Source: Candidatus Cloacimonadota bacterium
GTDB lineage: Bacteria > Cloacimonadota > Cloacimonadia > Cloacimonadales > WRIO01
Length of the DNA: 18,208 nt
Assembly: GCA_029564175.1 (NCBI GenBank)
Contig: JAKQQL010000040.1
Location: 1-18,208 of the forward strand
Direction: 5' to 3'
Shown: positions 16,446 to 18,208 of the stretch, piece by piece
Layout: the number at the start of each line of letters is the position of its first letter
Numbering within the stretch: the stretch's first letter is position 1
Made by a program: the position numbers and the translations under genes
Notes under the pieces: model-generated
Database searches by the model: none
What the model saw: only the letters and a program-made list of their open reading frames with translations
Told to the model about the DNA's origin: nothing

Positions 16446-18208
16446 TTATTTCATCAAGAGGGCTTTCTTCGTCATCTGGTATTTACCAGCCTGTAACTGG
16501 AAGAAGTAAACACCAGAACCGCAGGCGTTGTTGTTTTTGTCTTTTCCGTTCCAAACAACTGAATGATTCCCTTTATTTTTACCTAATTCATATATCTGAT
16601 GAACAAGTTCACCTTTAACATTGTAGATTTTGATATTTACATCAGATGCTTCAGCCAGTGAATAGCTTAAAGTGGTGCTTGGGTTGAATGGATTAGGATA
16701 TACTGAATTGAAAGCGGTATTGATGGTATAGTTTGGTGCTTCAGGTGTTGTTTCACCTACTTTGACAAAAACAGGTCCGTGCATCTCAGAAGAACCGTCT
16801 CTCTCAACTGACATTAACCAATAATAGTATTGGCCTTCGGAAATGTCAGCATCAGTCCAGGTATAAGTTTGTTCGATATCTGTATTGTATGGTTGAATTA
16901 AATCACTCTGACGGATACAGCTCTGAATGTCATTGCTGTTATTACGGTAAACATAATAGCCAAACAGTTCAGATTCGGACTGGGTAACCCACTGTAAGGT
17001 CACTGCCTGATGATTGTTGGCTGGGATTGCTGTGAAAGAGGAAAGGGTGACAGGGAGGGTTTGGCTTTCATCTAAAGTGCCTGGAGTACCTGTTGATGAA
17101 TTAGATTCTTCTGACCAATTACCAATTGTAATTTGATATTTTCTTGTATCTTTTAATACATTCGGGGTACTATCTAAAAGAACATTCTCTGAATTGTATA
17201 ATTTATATGATCTTCCTGTTGTAAAGTACAATAAATCATTTCCTGAATCAAAAACGGAATTTAATGAAGAAAATGTGATTGACCAATGGCTTTCAAAGAT
17301 AGTTTGAGTTGCACCTCTTGATACAACTAATAAGCCGTTAACTGGTATTATTAAATCATTTTGGAAAGTGTATGTATAATTGTCATATGTTCCAGATGAC
17401 TGTATTCTTTGGATAGTACAGTTTTTCATGTTTATCATTTTGCCACTATTATTAAAAATCTCCATAAAAGCACAAGCTACTGTCCCATTATCATCTGACA
17501 ATTCGCTTATGTAAATATCCCCATCGCCAGGTAAAGAAGGACCATCTGTTGTTGTTTGAGATATAGATGCTACATCACCTGTAGTGTTATATTGAATATT
17601 AGTCTCTGAATTATTGTATGGGAAAATTTTAAAATAATAGGTTGTATTAGGTAATAATTCAGTAAAAGTTGCTGTTTCGACTCCAGAAGCAACATTTAAT
17701 ACTAAGTTGCCATTGTTATTGGTTTCAGGTACTCCATTAACAGGAGAGGTAATAGAACCAAAACCTACAGAACTGCCTTTAACTAAATATCCATCTGCAG
17801 TTATGTCTGTCCAAACAAGATCAATTGAACTATATGAAGGCGTTCCTGTATCTGAAATAACATCAGTAATTTGACTTGTGGGAGCTGATTTATAGACAGT
17901 TCCACTACATGTTACTGTTTTGTTATCAGCACCAGTAGATGCAACTGTTATTGTTTCGCTATTATAGTTGCCAGCAGATAAACCAGCTTTTAAGCGAACA
18001 TAAACAGTTTGCTCAGTAACAGTGCCACTAGAAGGTGAAAAAGTTAATGGACTGGTATATGCACTTCCTGGAGTCTTAGAGATTTCATAGTTTTCTGGAG
18101 CTGTTATAGATATGTCTGTTGTCAGATTAGATCCTGAGACGGTAAATGATTGTTCTATTGAAGGTCCTTGACCGACAATGTAAGAGAATCCGGTTAAGGT
18201 AATTGGGG
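16446..18208 (-). CDS. Secreted multidomain protein (Ig-like, FN3, lamin-tail domain, PVTLSSF domain, FlgD-Ig tail); 5' end lies beyond the window
   Basis: The frame stays open past the track start at 17501 to the window end: PITLTGFSYIVGQGPSIEQSFTVSGSNLT...LLPNTTYYFKIFPYN...GDIYISELSD...FMEIFN...GTPG...LPVTLSSFTA...YPNPFNP...KKALLMK. Confidence 0.9.
   Translation of the reverse strand, partial: PITLTGFSYIVGQGPSIEQSFTVSGSNLTTDISITAPENYEISKTPGSAYTSPLTFSPSSGTVTEQTVYVRLKAGLSAGNYNSETITVASTGADNKTVTCSGTVYKSAPTSQITDVISDTGTPSYSSIDLVWTDITADGYLVKGSSVGFGSITSPVNGVPETNNNGNLVLNVASGVETATFTELLPNTTYYFKIFPYNNSETNIQYNTTGDVASISQTTTDGPSLPGDGDIYISELSDDNGTVACAFMEIFNNSGKMINMKNCTIQRIQSSGTYDNYTYTFQNDLIIPVNGLLVVSRGATQTIFESHWSITFSSLNSVFDSGNDLLYFTTGRSYKLYNSENVLLDSTPNVLKDTRKYQITIGNWSEESNSSTGTPGTLDESQTLPVTLSSFTAIPANNHQAVTLQWVTQSESELFGYYVYRNNSNDIQSCIRQSDLIQPYNTDIEQTYTWTDADISEGQYYYWLMSVERDGSSEMHGPVFVKVGETTPEAPNYTINTAFNSVYPNPFNPSTTLSYSLAEASDVNIKIYNVKGELVHQIYELGKNKGNHSVVWNGKDKNNNACGSGVYFFQLQAGKYQMTKKALLMK

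Overview
AT-rich bacterial chromosomal window. The secreted proteins ending in a 'YPNPFNP...KK(M/A)xLMK' FlgD-Ig/T9SS-type tail suggest an FCB-group anaerobe such as Cloacimonadota (inference). Coding content: two right-handed beta-helix secreted proteins (one cut by the window start and missing from the ORF track), a YbaN-family protein, an erythrin-like ferritin-fold protein, a 54-aa 2[4Fe-4S] ferredoxin (missing from the ORF track), an acyltransferase-like membrane protein, an operon of a PEGA-like protein, an FN3-repeat/FGE-sulfatase lipoprotein and psuG, a SagB/ThcOx-type nitroreductase with an extra N-terminal domain, a basic hypothetical protein, and a lamin-tail/FN3/FlgD protein running off the window end. 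The most notable content is intergenic. One REP-like hairpin family (GTA-N3-CAAGC-N-loop3-N-GCTTG) occurs in four co-varying versions, assembled into doublets and two modular tandem arrays. A ~133-bp MITE family is also present, with one copy nested inside another and a 4-bp target duplication. No transposase, reverse transcriptase, cas gene, rRNA or tRNA was seen.
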